A stretch of 59,881 nt of DNA from an uncultured Acidobacteriota bacterium (GTDB lineage: Bacteria > Acidobacteriota > UBA6911), in contig CAZTHE010000007.1 of assembly GCA_964613495.1 (NCBI GenBank), positions 1-59,881 of the forward strand, in the 5' to 3' direction. Shown here in pieces: positions 20,045 through 29,405 of this stretch. A program made the translations under genes and the position numbers. The notes under the pieces were generated by a model. The model did not search any database. It worked only from the letters and a program-made list of their open reading frames with translations, and was not told where the DNA came from. Numbering within the stretch: the first letter of the stretch is position 1; every line of letters begins with the position of its first letter.

Positions 20045-20328
20045 AGAAGCCTCACGGGGTAACTATGCAGTATCCGCTTCCCGGTGGCAAGCATGGCCGA
20101 AAGCGGCGCCCGTAAAAAGCGGTCCTCACCGCAATCCGGGTACCGGCAGCCCGTCCGAGCCGTCGGATTCGGCGTTTATCGATGTAACAAGTCATGGCGG
20201 CGGAACGTAATTAAACTCCGGTAAGGGTTTTAAGGGAATCTGATAATTGGCTGCGCCGGGATCAACCCGGGAATCGACAACCGGATGGCCAATGCAGAAT
20301 TTATTGTTAGGAGATAGGGTAACCCGCC

Positions 20329-21501
20329 ATGATTCGACGACCTGTCCTCGCCGCTTTCGTTCTTGCCGCCGCCTGCAGTGTCCATCTGGCAGGCGCCCAG
20401 GAAACTGCTTCGTTTAAATACTTTACCGCATTCCGAAACGCGGTGCCGGGGATCGATTTTTTCGCTTCCAACCGGGCGGCTGTCGCTCCCTATGAAAAAT
20501 CCGCTGCCGAGGCGATCGGAAGGCTCCAGGGCCTGTTCGGGAAGGACCTGCCCCGCGGGGCGGTGTTCATCTGTTCGACGCTCGCGCAGAAGGACGCGGT
20601 CTATGAGCCCAAGGTTCTGCGGTCCGGCTATAAATGGACGCTGACGGCCGTGACGGCCGACGTGCAGGCCCAGGAGATGATGGCCCGCATGAAGTCGCAG
20701 ATGGGCGACGACATTCCGGCGGAGATCCGGGACCGCATGCAGCGGATGTCGAAAGATATGCCCAAGGACATGATGGCCAACGCGGAAAAGCAGATGGCCG
20801 CCACGATGGCGCAGCAGATCGCACACGCGGTCGTTCAGACTCTCACGAACAAAGAGCTGCAATTCCGGTCCTCGCGGGTGGAAGATATGGGCAAAAGCCC
20901 GCTGCCGGACTGGCTGGATATCGGGATCGCCTCCTACGCGAGCGGTCAGAACACGGCAATCCAGTACCTCAAGCAGAACATGGATCAGAGTTTTCCGATT
21001 GAAGACGTCCTGTCGATGGCGCGTCCCTTCGTCGCGTCGGCCGTCGGGGCGAACGGCATGGGCCGTTCGGGTGGCGGCAACGGTGGCTTTCCGGGAGGCT
21101 CCGGCGGATTTCCCCAGGGTGGCTTTCCGGGCGGCGGCGGCAGGGGTATGGGTGGTTTCCCGGGTGGCGCCAACGGATTTCCCCAGGGCGGAGGCATGGG
21201 CGGCCAGCGCGGCCAGCGAGGCGGATCCCAGAGAAACATGCCCAACACGTCCAACATGTCCAAAGACGAGCAGGACCGCATGCTCTTTGACGGCCAGTCC
21301 AGTTCTTTCTTCCTCTATCTCCTGGAGAAACTGGGCGTGGACCGGGTCAGAGCACTGTTAGCGGAAGCGCAGGAGGGCAAGGAGAGCAGGGAATACCTCG
21401 GAAAGCCCGACGTGCTTGGCACGGATTTCGCAAAGATAGAAGAGGATTGGGCGGCGTGGGTGAAAGCCCAGGATCAGGCGGCTGGTTACGGCCGGAATTG
21501 A
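20329..21501 (+). CDS. secreted protein with Met-rich and Gly-rich (GGFPGG) low-complexity regions
   Basis: 390 aa with signal peptide MIRRPVLAAFVLAAACSVHLAGAQ. There are 11 Met in about 48 aa (residues ~113-160), and GGFPGGSGGFPQGGFPGGGGRGMGGFPGGANGFPQGGGMGG at residues ~250-292. The gene lies 34 nt upstream of the first adaptor gene. Confidence 0.6.
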   Translation: MIRRPVLAAFVLAAACSVHLAGAQETASFKYFTAFRNAVPGIDFFASNRAAVAPYEKSAAEAIGRLQGLFGKDLPRGAVFICSTLAQKDAVYEPKVLRSGYKWTLTAVTADVQAQEMMARMKSQMGDDIPAEIRDRMQRMSKDMPKDMMANAEKQMAATMAQQIAHAVVQTLTNKELQFRSSRVEDMGKSPLPDWLDIGIASYASGQNTAIQYLKQNMDQSFPIEDVLSMARPFVASAVGANGMGRSGGGNGGFPGGSGGFPQGGFPGGGGRGMGGFPGGANGFPQGGGMGGQRGQRGGSQRNMPNTSNMSKDEQDRMLFDGQSSSFFLYLLEKLGVDRVRALLAEAQEGKESREYLGKPDVLGTDFAKIEEDWAAWVKAQDQAAGYGRN

Positions 21502-21535
21502 CCCGCAAACACACAAACAAATCGAGACCCGTAGG

Positions 21536-22864
21536 ATGAGCATGAAAAGGAAAAGGATATCCGGAATCAAACCCTCGGTCGCGGGCCTGACGCTCGCCGC
21601 GCTGCTGCTTGCGGCCGGGTGGCAGCTGCAGCCCGTGTCGGCGCAGAATCCCGGCCTGGGCGGCGCCAAGACTTCCTCGGCGATTCCCGCCTCGAAGGCC
21701 TCCCCGGAGGCTGCCGCCAGGCCTGCCGAATATAAAGTGGCGCGCGCGCAGGTCATCAAGGAGATCGTACTAACCGGCGAACTGAAAGCGGAGCGTTCGA
21801 CGATCATCAACGCGCCCGATATCCGCAGCAGTTTCCAGAACACCATCTCGATGATGGTGCCCGAGGGGTCTTACGTGACGAAGGGCCAGCGCATCATCGA
21901 GTTCGACGATTCCTCGCTGCTGAGCAACAAGTCCGAGGCGGAGAGGACGCTGGACGAGGCGAAGCTCAACATCCTGAAGAAGAAGGCGGACCTGGAAGCG
22001 GAGCGCAGCGACCTGCTGAACTCCGTGGCCCAGGCGGAAGCCACGCTGAAGCAGGATGAGCTGTACGGCAAGATCAGCAAGGACCTGCTCCCGGGCAACA
22101 CGTATCAGAAGTATCAGCTGAACGTGACCAAATCGAAACTGTCCCTGCAGAAGGCCAGGGAAAGCCTGGATAATTTCGAGAAGAGCTATGCGTCCCAGAT
22201 GTCGCTCGTCGAGATCCGCCGCTCCCAGGCCGAGATCGACCTGAAGAAGATCGAGAGCGACATGCGGTTCCTGAAGATCGACGCGCCGCAGGACGGGATC
22301 CTGATTTACGGCGACAACTGGACCAGCAACCGGAAGATCCAGCCGGGAGACAGTCTCTTCCAGGGCATGGAGGTCGCAAGCCTTCCCGACCTGGCGAGCA
22401 TGCAGGTGCTGGGATTTGTCTACGATACCGAATACAGCCTGCTGCAGGCGGGGATGCGCTGCACCGTGACGTTCGATGCTCTTCCCGGGTACAGCGTCGG
22501 CGGGCAGATCCGGTCGCTGACCAGCGTGGCCAGCCGGAAGAATTTCGCCACGACCAAAAAGCTCTTTCAGACGACGATCCAGATGGACAAGGTCGACCCG
22601 TCGGTCATGAAGCCCGGCATGACGGCGCACATAAAGGTACCGCTGGTCCTGGTCAAGGACGCGCCGGCGATTCCCCGCGAATATCTGGGGACCGATGACC
22701 ACGGGCGGTATTTCGTGCTGAAACAGGGAGCGGATGCCAAAAAGCCCGTGACTCAGGTCGTTTCGATCGGCGCGGTGGGGGACAGGCTGATCGAGGTCGT
22801 GTCCGGCGTTTCCGTCGGGGATCCGCTGCTGCCCATGCAACGTCTTGCGGAGGTGAAGAAATGA
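21536..22864 (+). CDS. HlyD/MacA-family periplasmic adaptor (membrane fusion protein) 1
   Basis: 442 aa with a signal peptide, a long coiled-coil segment (LDEAKLNILKKKADLEAERSDLLNSVAQAEATLKQDEL) and beta-barrel motifs (DGILIYGDNW). Confidence 0.8.
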   Translation: MSMKRKRISGIKPSVAGLTLAALLLAAGWQLQPVSAQNPGLGGAKTSSAIPASKASPEAAARPAEYKVARAQVIKEIVLTGELKAERSTIINAPDIRSSFQNTISMMVPEGSYVTKGQRIIEFDDSSLLSNKSEAERTLDEAKLNILKKKADLEAERSDLLNSVAQAEATLKQDELYGKISKDLLPGNTYQKYQLNVTKSKLSLQKARESLDNFEKSYASQMSLVEIRRSQAEIDLKKIESDMRFLKIDAPQDGILIYGDNWTSNRKIQPGDSLFQGMEVASLPDLASMQVLGFVYDTEYSLLQAGMRCTVTFDALPGYSVGGQIRSLTSVASRKNFATTKKLFQTTIQMDKVDPSVMKPGMTAHIKVPLVLVKDAPAIPREYLGTDDHGRYFVLKQGADAKKPVTQVVSIGAVGDRLIEVVSGVSVGDPLLPMQRLAEVKK

Positions 22865-24087
22865 CGCCCCGGAAATGGATTATTGCGATCGCCCTCTTCG
22901 TGCTTGTCGCGGCGGGCGGAACCTGGATCTACCACTCGCGGAATGTTTCGGCCAATGTCAGCGACAAGGACCTGATCACCGCCCAGCGGGTCGATTTCCC
23001 GCTGATCATCAGCGCGACGGGGACCCTGGAAGCCACGCGCAGCGTGAGCATCATGCCTCCCCAGATCCGCCGGGAAAGGCGCTTCAAGCTCATGCGCATG
23101 GTGGAAGAGGGGACGGAAGTGTCCGAAGGGGATTTCCTGATGGAGTTCGACACCTCGGACATCTCCTCGCGCCTCCGCGACGAGACCGCCAACTTCCAGA
23201 GCGTGCAGGAAGAGCGGCAGAAGAAGCGCTCCGATTCCGACATCCAGCTGAAAAACCTCAAGCTCTCGCTCGAACAGGCAAAATCGGACCTGGAAAAGCT
23301 GGAAGTCAAGCTGAGTTCCCAGGCCGATTTGATCAGCGGCATCGAAATCGAGCAGATCCGCATCCAGCGCGACGCCGCCAAGATCAAGGTCGATTTTCTC
23401 GAGCAGAAGGTCAAATACAAGACGGAGAGCGGGCAGCTGGACCTCCAGATCTCCCGAAGCAACGAGACCCACTACCGCAGCCGCATGGACGATCTCATGG
23501 ACGCGATGGAATCGTACACGGTACGGGCGCCCGTTTCCGGCATGGTGATCTACAAGCGCGACTGGAACAACGAGGCGAAGGAAATCGGCAGCAACGTCTT
23601 TGCCATGGACGCCGTCATGGAAATCCCCGACCTGTCCAGCATCCGCGCCAAGATCCAGATCGACGAGATCGATTCCGGGAAGATCCGCGAGGGCCAGGAG
23701 GCGAACATCACGGTGGACGCGGTCCAGGGCAGGTCTTTCAGCGGCAGGGTGGCCAGCATCGGCACCATCCTGAAGCAGGCCACCTTCGACCGCCCGCAGA
23801 AGGTGATCGACACGTACGTGGAGATCCAGGGCTCCGATAAGAAGATGCTGCGTCCCGGCATGAATCTCAAGGCGCAGATCCGGGTCGGCGAATACAACCA
23901 GGTCGTCGTCATCCCCCTGTCCAGCATCCAGGAGCGGGACGGCCGGTCCTTCGTGCAGGTATGGCAGCCGGAGAAGAAGCAGTTCGACTGGCGCGAGATC
24001 CGGCTGCGGACCAATGACGGCATGACGGCCGTCGTGGAGTCCGGGCTGAACGCCAACGAGAAGATCCGGGCGAAACCGAAAGTATAA
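22861..24087 (+). CDS. HlyD/MacA-family periplasmic adaptor 2
   Basis: 408 aa with an N-terminal TM helix, a coiled coil, and VRAPVSGMVIYKRDW. Its start overlaps the previous stop (ATGA). Confidence 0.8.
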   Translation: MTPRKWIIAIALFVLVAAGGTWIYHSRNVSANVSDKDLITAQRVDFPLIISATGTLEATRSVSIMPPQIRRERRFKLMRMVEEGTEVSEGDFLMEFDTSDISSRLRDETANFQSVQEERQKKRSDSDIQLKNLKLSLEQAKSDLEKLEVKLSSQADLISGIEIEQIRIQRDAAKIKVDFLEQKVKYKTESGQLDLQISRSNETHYRSRMDDLMDAMESYTVRAPVSGMVIYKRDWNNEAKEIGSNVFAMDAVMEIPDLSSIRAKIQIDEIDSGKIREGQEANITVDAVQGRSFSGRVASIGTILKQATFDRPQKVIDTYVEIQGSDKKMLRPGMNLKAQIRVGEYNQVVVIPLSSIQERDGRSFVQVWQPEKKQFDWREIRLRTNDGMTAVVESGLNANEKIRAKPKV

Positions 24088-24102
24088 AATTTGAGGTGAG
24101 TT

Positions 24103-25521
24103 ATGAAATATGCCGGCAATGAACCCGCTGCCCGGAAGGGCTGGTCGATGAACACGGTGGGGCGGATCGCGGCCTTGATCCTGCTGGTGGTGGCCGGGAT
24201 CCTGATTTTCCAGTACCGCAGCAGCCTGTCGTCGAGGCTAACCAAGGTCTTCGCATCTTCGGACGAGGATGCGATCCCGGTGACCAAGCTGACGAGGCAG
24301 CCGTTTTCCCTGACGGTCCCGTCGACCGGCGAGATCGTCGGGCTCGAAACGACGGCGGTGCCCACGCCGAGCACTTCGACCGGAACGCTGACGATCGCGT
24401 GGCTGATTCCCGAGGGGTCGTTCGTGCAGGCCGGGCAGCCGGTGATCCGCTTCGACAGCACCGATGCGAAACTGAACCTCGAAAAGCAGCAGAACACGCT
24501 GACGTCGAACGAGGAAAACACCAAGATCAAGACGCAGCAGCAAAAGACGGATGACAAGACGCTGACGCTGGACCGGACGGAGGCGGAGGAGGATTACAAC
24601 TACGCCATCACCGTGATGCCCCAGGACGAATCGATCTTCTCCAAGTGGGACATCATCACGGCGCAGGCCGACGCCCGCTACAGCAAGGAGCGGATTGAAT
24701 TCCTGAAGAACAAGGCCAAGACGCAGCAGCGCATCGCCCGGGCCGATCAGCAGATCCTCGCCATCGAGAGAAACAAAGCCCAGACACAGGTGTCGCTGCT
24801 CCGGGAGACGCTGAACTCCCTGGAACTGAACGCTCCCGTCGGGGGCCTGGTGCTGTACCGGAGAGACCGGCGCGAGGACCCGCAGGTCGGCGACCAGTCG
24901 TTTCCGGGGCAGGTGGTGATCGAGATCATCAACCTGGACGTGCTCCAGGCGCGCATCTACGTGCTGGAGCGGGACGGCGGGAACCTTTCCAAGGGCCAGC
25001 CCGTGATCATCAATCTGGATGCGATCCCGGAAAAGGAGTATCACGGGACGATCACGTCCGTTTCCTCGGTCGCCTCCGCCCTGGAACGGAATTCCGTCCT
25101 GCGCTATTTCACCTGCGACGTGGCCATTTCCGACGCGGGCCGCGATCTGAAGCGGATCCGTCCGGGCATGAACCTCGAGGGCGACGTCGTGCTCCAGGAG
25201 TACGCGTCCTGCTTCGTAGTCCCTTCCGGGGCCGTGACCCAGAGGGAAAAAGAGAAGGACAGCGTCGTTTATGTGAAGAAGGGCGACCGGTTCGACCCGA
25301 AGCCCGTGAAGACCGGGCTGAGTTCCCACGGAGAGGCGATCATCCTCGACGGCGTGGAGGAGGGCGAACTCATTGCACTGCAAAATCCCTACGAGACCCG
25401 GAAGCTCTACCTCCCCGATTTCAGCAAGGGCGCGGCGTCCCAGCAGGGTCCCGGGGGTATGCCTCCGCCGGATATGATGCGGATGATGCGTGGAGGAGGA
25501 GGCAGGGGGAGGCCATTTTAA
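24103..25521 (+). CDS. HlyD/MacA-family periplasmic adaptor 3 (Met/Gly-rich C-terminal tail)
   Basis: 472 aa with an RBS GAGGTGA, an N-terminal TM helix, a coiled coil, and LNAPVGGLVLYRRD. The tail is GPGGMPPPDMMRMMRGGGGRGRPF. Confidence 0.8.
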   Translation: MKYAGNEPAARKGWSMNTVGRIAALILLVVAGILIFQYRSSLSSRLTKVFASSDEDAIPVTKLTRQPFSLTVPSTGEIVGLETTAVPTPSTSTGTLTIAWLIPEGSFVQAGQPVIRFDSTDAKLNLEKQQNTLTSNEENTKIKTQQQKTDDKTLTLDRTEAEEDYNYAITVMPQDESIFSKWDIITAQADARYSKERIEFLKNKAKTQQRIARADQQILAIERNKAQTQVSLLRETLNSLELNAPVGGLVLYRRDRREDPQVGDQSFPGQVVIEIINLDVLQARIYVLERDGGNLSKGQPVIINLDAIPEKEYHGTITSVSSVASALERNSVLRYFTCDVAISDAGRDLKRIRPGMNLEGDVVLQEYASCFVVPSGAVTQREKEKDSVVYVKKGDRFDPKPVKTGLSSHGEAIILDGVEEGELIALQNPYETRKLYLPDFSKGAASQQGPGGMPPPDMMRMMRGGGGRGRPF

Positions 25522-25606
25522 ATCCCGGCAGGGAACCGCTGCCTGACGCGTGACGGGAAAGGTTGGAGCGCTGGAAGTGCAATAGAACTGCGAGGCCTGA
25601 TTTCTT

Positions 25607-26842
25607 ATGATATCGACTGAAACCATGTTGGGCGCCCTGGTAAACCTGGGGAGACACAAGCTGCGGTCTTTCCTGACCATGCTCGGGATGATCTTCGGCG
25701 TCGGCGCCGTCATCGCCATGCTTTCCATCGGCGCCGGCGCCGAGCACGAGAGCCTCAAGATCATCGAAAACTTCGGCATCCGGAACATCATCATTCAGGC
25801 CAAGGAATTCAAGGAAGAGGAGTTGAAGCAGATCCGGACCGAGTCGCTCGGGGTCAGCATGCGGGACGTGGAAGCGCTGGGGACCATCCTGAAACCGAAG
25901 CCCCTGATTTCGGCCTCGCGGCTCGTCAAGACCTACCAGGTCAACTCCGACAAGGCGCGCAGCGACAGCCGCGTTCTCGGGGTCAGCAGCACGTACCCGA
26001 GCATCCAGAACCTGAAACTGCTCCAGGGTTCCTTCTTCCTCGATGCCGACGAAAAGACCTACTCCCAGGTCTGCGTGCTGGGGATCGTGGCCAAACAGAA
26101 GCTGTTCGGCTTCGGCGACGTCCTGAACCAGCAGATCAAGATCAACGATATCTGGTTCACCGTCGTCGGCGTCCTGGCCGACTCGGCGGCCGAAAAGCAG
26201 GAATTCGAGGGGGTCAAGGTCCAGAACCCGAACAACGACATCTATATTCCCATCACCACGGCCATCCGGAAATTCGATACCGCTTCGGTCGAGAACGAAC
26301 TCAACGAAATCGTGGTCAAGATCGCCGACGGCGCCAACATCACGGAACAGGCCTCGACCATCGACAACCTGATGTCGGTGATGCACCGGTATGTCGACGA
26401 TTACTCGATCGTCGTCCCCGAGAAACTGCTCGAACAGAACCAGCGGACGCAGGGCATCTTCAATGTCGTGATGGGCGCCATCGCGAGCATCTCGCTGCTG
26501 GTCGGCGGGATCGGGATCATGAACATCATGCTGGCATCCGTCCTGGAACGGACCAACGAGATCGGGCTGCGCCGCGCCATCGGCGCCAAAAAACTCGACA
26601 TCCGGATGCAGTTCATGGCGGAGGCGATCGCGATCAGCCTTGCGGGAGGCATCATCGGCGTCGCGCTGGGCTACGGCATCTCCAGGGCCGTCGCGGCCTT
26701 CTCGGGCTGGAGCACCATCATCACCGCGAGTTCCATTGGACTTTCCTTCGGGGTTAGCTCTATCATCGGGTTGATCTTCGGGATTTATCCCGCGGTCCAG
26801 GCGTCGAACCTGGACCCGATCGAATGCCTCCGCTACGAGTAA
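25607..26842 (+). CDS. ABC-transporter permease, MacB/FtsX type (no fused ATPase)
   Basis: 411 aa with an N-terminal TM helix (LRSFLTMLGMIFGVGAVIAMLSIG), a large periplasmic domain, and a C-terminal FtsX domain (ERTNEIGLRRAIGAKKLDI ... YPAVQASNLDPIECLRYE). Confidence 0.85.
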   Translation: MISTETMLGALVNLGRHKLRSFLTMLGMIFGVGAVIAMLSIGAGAEHESLKIIENFGIRNIIIQAKEFKEEELKQIRTESLGVSMRDVEALGTILKPKPLISASRLVKTYQVNSDKARSDSRVLGVSSTYPSIQNLKLLQGSFFLDADEKTYSQVCVLGIVAKQKLFGFGDVLNQQIKINDIWFTVVGVLADSAAEKQEFEGVKVQNPNNDIYIPITTAIRKFDTASVENELNEIVVKIADGANITEQASTIDNLMSVMHRYVDDYSIVVPEKLLEQNQRTQGIFNVVMGAIASISLLVGGIGIMNIMLASVLERTNEIGLRRAIGAKKLDIRMQFMAEAIAISLAGGIIGVALGYGISRAVAAFSGWSTIITASSIGLSFGVSSIIGLIFGIYPAVQASNLDPIECLRYE

Positions 26843-26887
26843 CCTGGGTGCGGCGGCAGGCGCGGTAGGACACGAGCATTCACCCGA

Positions 26888-27331
26888 ATGGAGGAGGATT
26901 TGGCCAAGTCCCGGTCCGGAAAGAGTCTGAAGGGATACGAATTCACCAACCTGATCTTCTTCCTGGCTTTGATCCTCGCCCTCGGGGTTCTGGTTACGTT
27001 TGTCTTCCGCCATTACGGCAAGGGGGACCAGGCAGCCTCCGAGGAATCCGTCGTGGGAGTGGTGTCCGAGGCCGTGAGTTCCGGGTCCGACGTGGGCCTC
27101 TTCTACCTGGATACCAAACTGTCCGAAATAACCCTGCGATACCGGAGCCGCCTCGAGATACCGGCGACGGATGACGGCCTCGTGCGGGAGCTCTTCGCGC
27201 TGCCCGGGATCGAAGAGGTCACGATCGACCAGAAGATCATCATCCTGAAGAAGAACGGTTCCACCCAGTGGGAGCGCATTCAGCCCGGGATCCGTCGCAT
27301 CGTCAAAGAACACCTGCACCTCCACTATTAG
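26888..27331 (+). CDS. membrane-anchored protein with Nfu/NifU-N-terminal-like domain
   Basis: 147 aa with one TM helix (LIFFLALILALGVLVTFVF). The C-terminal LFALPGIEEVTIDQKIIILKKNGSTQWERIQPGI resembles the Nfu_N fold pattern. The family call is weak. Confidence 0.4.
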   Translation: MEEDLAKSRSGKSLKGYEFTNLIFFLALILALGVLVTFVFRHYGKGDQAASEESVVGVVSEAVSSGSDVGLFYLDTKLSEITLRYRSRLEIPATDDGLVRELFALPGIEEVTIDQKIIILKKNGSTQWERIQPGIRRIVKEHLHLHY

Positions 27332-27382
27332 TCCGCATTGTTGATGAAAGCCCGTCGCGCTGCGGCGCAGGCGGGCGCGGGT

Positions 27383-27425
27383 GAAATCGATCCCAGATCC
27401 CAGATTCCAAATTTCAGATTCCAGG
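27383..27425. repeat. heptamer-repeat locus 4 (about 5 units, AGATTCC orientation), abutting the RBS of the next gene
   Basis: GAAATCGATCCCAGATCCCAGATTCCAAATTTCAGATTCCAGG is followed directly by AGGCGGGGGAAAGACGGC-ATG. Confidence 0.8.
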
Positions 27426-27443
27426 AGGCGGGGGAAAGACGGC

Positions 27444-28178
27444 ATGATTCTGGCTCTTTTCGACATTGACGGCACTTTGATCTCGACCGGAGGCGCCGGG
27501 ATGCGGGCCTTTAACCGTTCGCTGACAGCGAAGTTCGGACTTCAGGCGGCCGACGGCGCCGTCCATCCCGACGGAAAGACCGACCCCCTGATCCTGAGGG
27601 AGATCCTGGCCCATTTCGGCCTGGACACCGGCGGTTGCGCGGAGATCCAGGCGGATGTGTTTGCGAGATACCTTCGCTTTCTGGATGAGGAGATGGGCCT
27701 GGCCCGGACGGGCGGCACGATCCGCGTGCTTGCCGGGGTGAAGGAGCTCCTGGACAGACTGGCCGTCGAGCCGGATTTCTGCACGGGACTCGTGACGGGA
27801 AACCTGGAAGAGGGGGCCCGGATCAAGCTCCGGCATGCCGGGCTGGACGGCTATTTCAAGTTCGGAGGCTACGGATCGGACTCGGAGAACAGGACCGAAC
27901 TGACGCGAACGGCCATTCTGCGCGGCGTCCGGTACATCGCGCCCTCCCCTATGGAGGCGGCGTTTGTCATCGGGGACACGCCGCTGGACATCGCCCACGG
28001 CCGCGCGGCCGGCGCCCGCACGATCGCCGTGGCAAGCGCCGGCTACGGGATGGAGGAACTCGCCCCGCATGAGCCCGACCTGCTCGTTGCGGATCTGACC
28101 GAGGTGCAGGCGATCATCCGCTTCATGCGGAACGGGAACGCGGACGGAGTGGCCGAAACCACCCTATCGGTTGATTAA
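27444..28178 (+). CDS. HAD-superfamily hydrolase (phosphoglycolate-phosphatase-like)
   Basis: MILALFDIDGTL (DxDGT motif) ... GDTPLDIAHGRAAGA. The start is trimmed from the ORF-track 27381, which reads through the repeat array. Confidence 0.8.
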   Translation: MILALFDIDGTLISTGGAGMRAFNRSLTAKFGLQAADGAVHPDGKTDPLILREILAHFGLDTGGCAEIQADVFARYLRFLDEEMGLARTGGTIRVLAGVKELLDRLAVEPDFCTGLVTGNLEEGARIKLRHAGLDGYFKFGGYGSDSENRTELTRTAILRGVRYIAPSPMEAAFVIGDTPLDIAHGRAAGARTIAVASAGYGMEELAPHEPDLLVADLTEVQAIIRFMRNGNADGVAETTLSVD

Positions 28179-28339
28179 TTATTGAGTTAAAATGGTTTCT
28201 GTTCTTCCGGGGCGCCACGGATTTTCCGGAAACAGGATTCCCGCGGCCGGCGACATCCCGGTGCGGCGCGCGAAGGATTCCTCGTCTCCCGGGTCTCTCA
28301 CTATTTTGTAACAATTAGTCTTTCGTCCGTAAATGGTAG

Positions 28340-28948
28340 ATGAGCATGATGCATTCGGCAGATGCCTCTCTGATAGAGAACACGCTCAAGGGCGATGAGA
28401 GGGCATTTGCCGAGCTCGTGCGCCGGTACCAGGCAGCGGTTTGGGGAACCGTCCACCGGATTCTCGGCAATTCCTACGAGAACGAGGATGCGGTTCAGGA
28501 GGTTTTTTTACGTGCCTATACGGCGCTGCACAAGTTCGACCTCAAGTACCCGTTCGGGCCCTGGATCCTCCGGATCGCAACAAACTACTGCATCGATCAG
28601 CTCCGCCGGAAAAAGGGCAGAAAGACGCAACTCTGGTCGGAACTCTCCGAGTTCGATCAGCGGCGCCTGTTAAACAATCTCTCCCGGGAGAATGATTTGG
28701 AACCGATCAGTATGGAAGGCGGCGAGGGATACACAAGGGTGGCACAAGCCCTGCTCGACGGCCTGAATCCCAAATACCGCGCCGCTTTTATCCTCCGGGA
28801 GGTGGAGGAGAAAAACTACCGGGAGGTGGCCCGGGTCCTGGGCACCACGGAGGTGGCCGCGCGCGTCCGGGTCTCCAGGGCCCGGGCCGAGCTGCAAAAG
28901 AAGTTTCGCGCCTATCTTTCAGGCTTGGAAAAAAAGGAGCGAACCTGA
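28340..28948 (+). CDS. ECF-type RNA polymerase sigma-70 family factor
   Basis: 202 aa. Region 2 is FAELVRRYQAAVWGTVHRILGNSYENEDAVQEVFLRAY. Region 4 is YREVARVLGTTEVAARVRVSRARAEL. Confidence 0.85.
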   Translation: MSMMHSADASLIENTLKGDERAFAELVRRYQAAVWGTVHRILGNSYENEDAVQEVFLRAYTALHKFDLKYPFGPWILRIATNYCIDQLRRKKGRKTQLWSELSEFDQRRLLNNLSRENDLEPISMEGGEGYTRVAQALLDGLNPKYRAAFILREVEEKNYREVARVLGTTEVAARVRVSRARAELQKKFRAYLSGLEKKERT

Positions 28949-28952
28949 AGCC

Positions 28953-29405
28953 ATGCGCACATGTGACCTGTTTGACAAATATCGGGACGGCGAACTGAGG
29001 GACGCCGGGCGGGACGAATTCGAGGCGCACCTGTCCTCCTGCGAAGACTGCCGGCTCAGGATGGCGCTGCTCAATAACCTGGTCCGGGTCCTCAGGCAGG
29101 AAGAGGTGCCGCCGGTGGATCTGGCGGATCGAATCGCCCGCCAGGCGTTTTCGAAGGGCCTGTCCTGGGATGAGCTGCTCGTCTCCTGGCTGCGCCCGGG
29201 ACCCGTTCTGGCCACGGCGTCCCTGATACTGGTTTTATTTTCTTTCTTGTGGCTGCTGCCGGGAAAGGGCCCGGTTTCCGCGTATTCGGAATACCAGAAG
29301 CTGATGGAGGAGGCCGATTCCATCCAGCTGAACTCAAGCCTGTCGCAGGCCGGGAACGGCAGCGCGCTGGGCATCTGGCTGCAGCAGGAAGGGAATTTGC
29401 AGTGA
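28953..29405 (+). CDS. anti-sigma factor (zf-HC2 type)
   Basis: 150 aa with HLSSCEDCRLRM (HxxxCxxC) plus one TM helix. It starts 4 nt after the sigma gene. Confidence 0.75.
   Translation: MRTCDLFDKYRDGELRDAGRDEFEAHLSSCEDCRLRMALLNNLVRVLRQEEVPPVDLADRIARQAFSKGLSWDELLVSWLRPGPVLATASLILVLFSFLWLLPGKGPVSAYSEYQKLMEEADSIQLNSSLSQAGNGSALGIWLQQEGNLQ

Noticed and set aside
28300-28340. Possible ECF-type autoregulated promoter (TGTAAC ... CGTAA) upstream of the sigma factor gene
   Set aside because: The AAC-to-CGT spacing is about 15 nt rather than 16-17. The -10-like element ends only 8 nt before the ATG, so the call is not supportable without TSS data.
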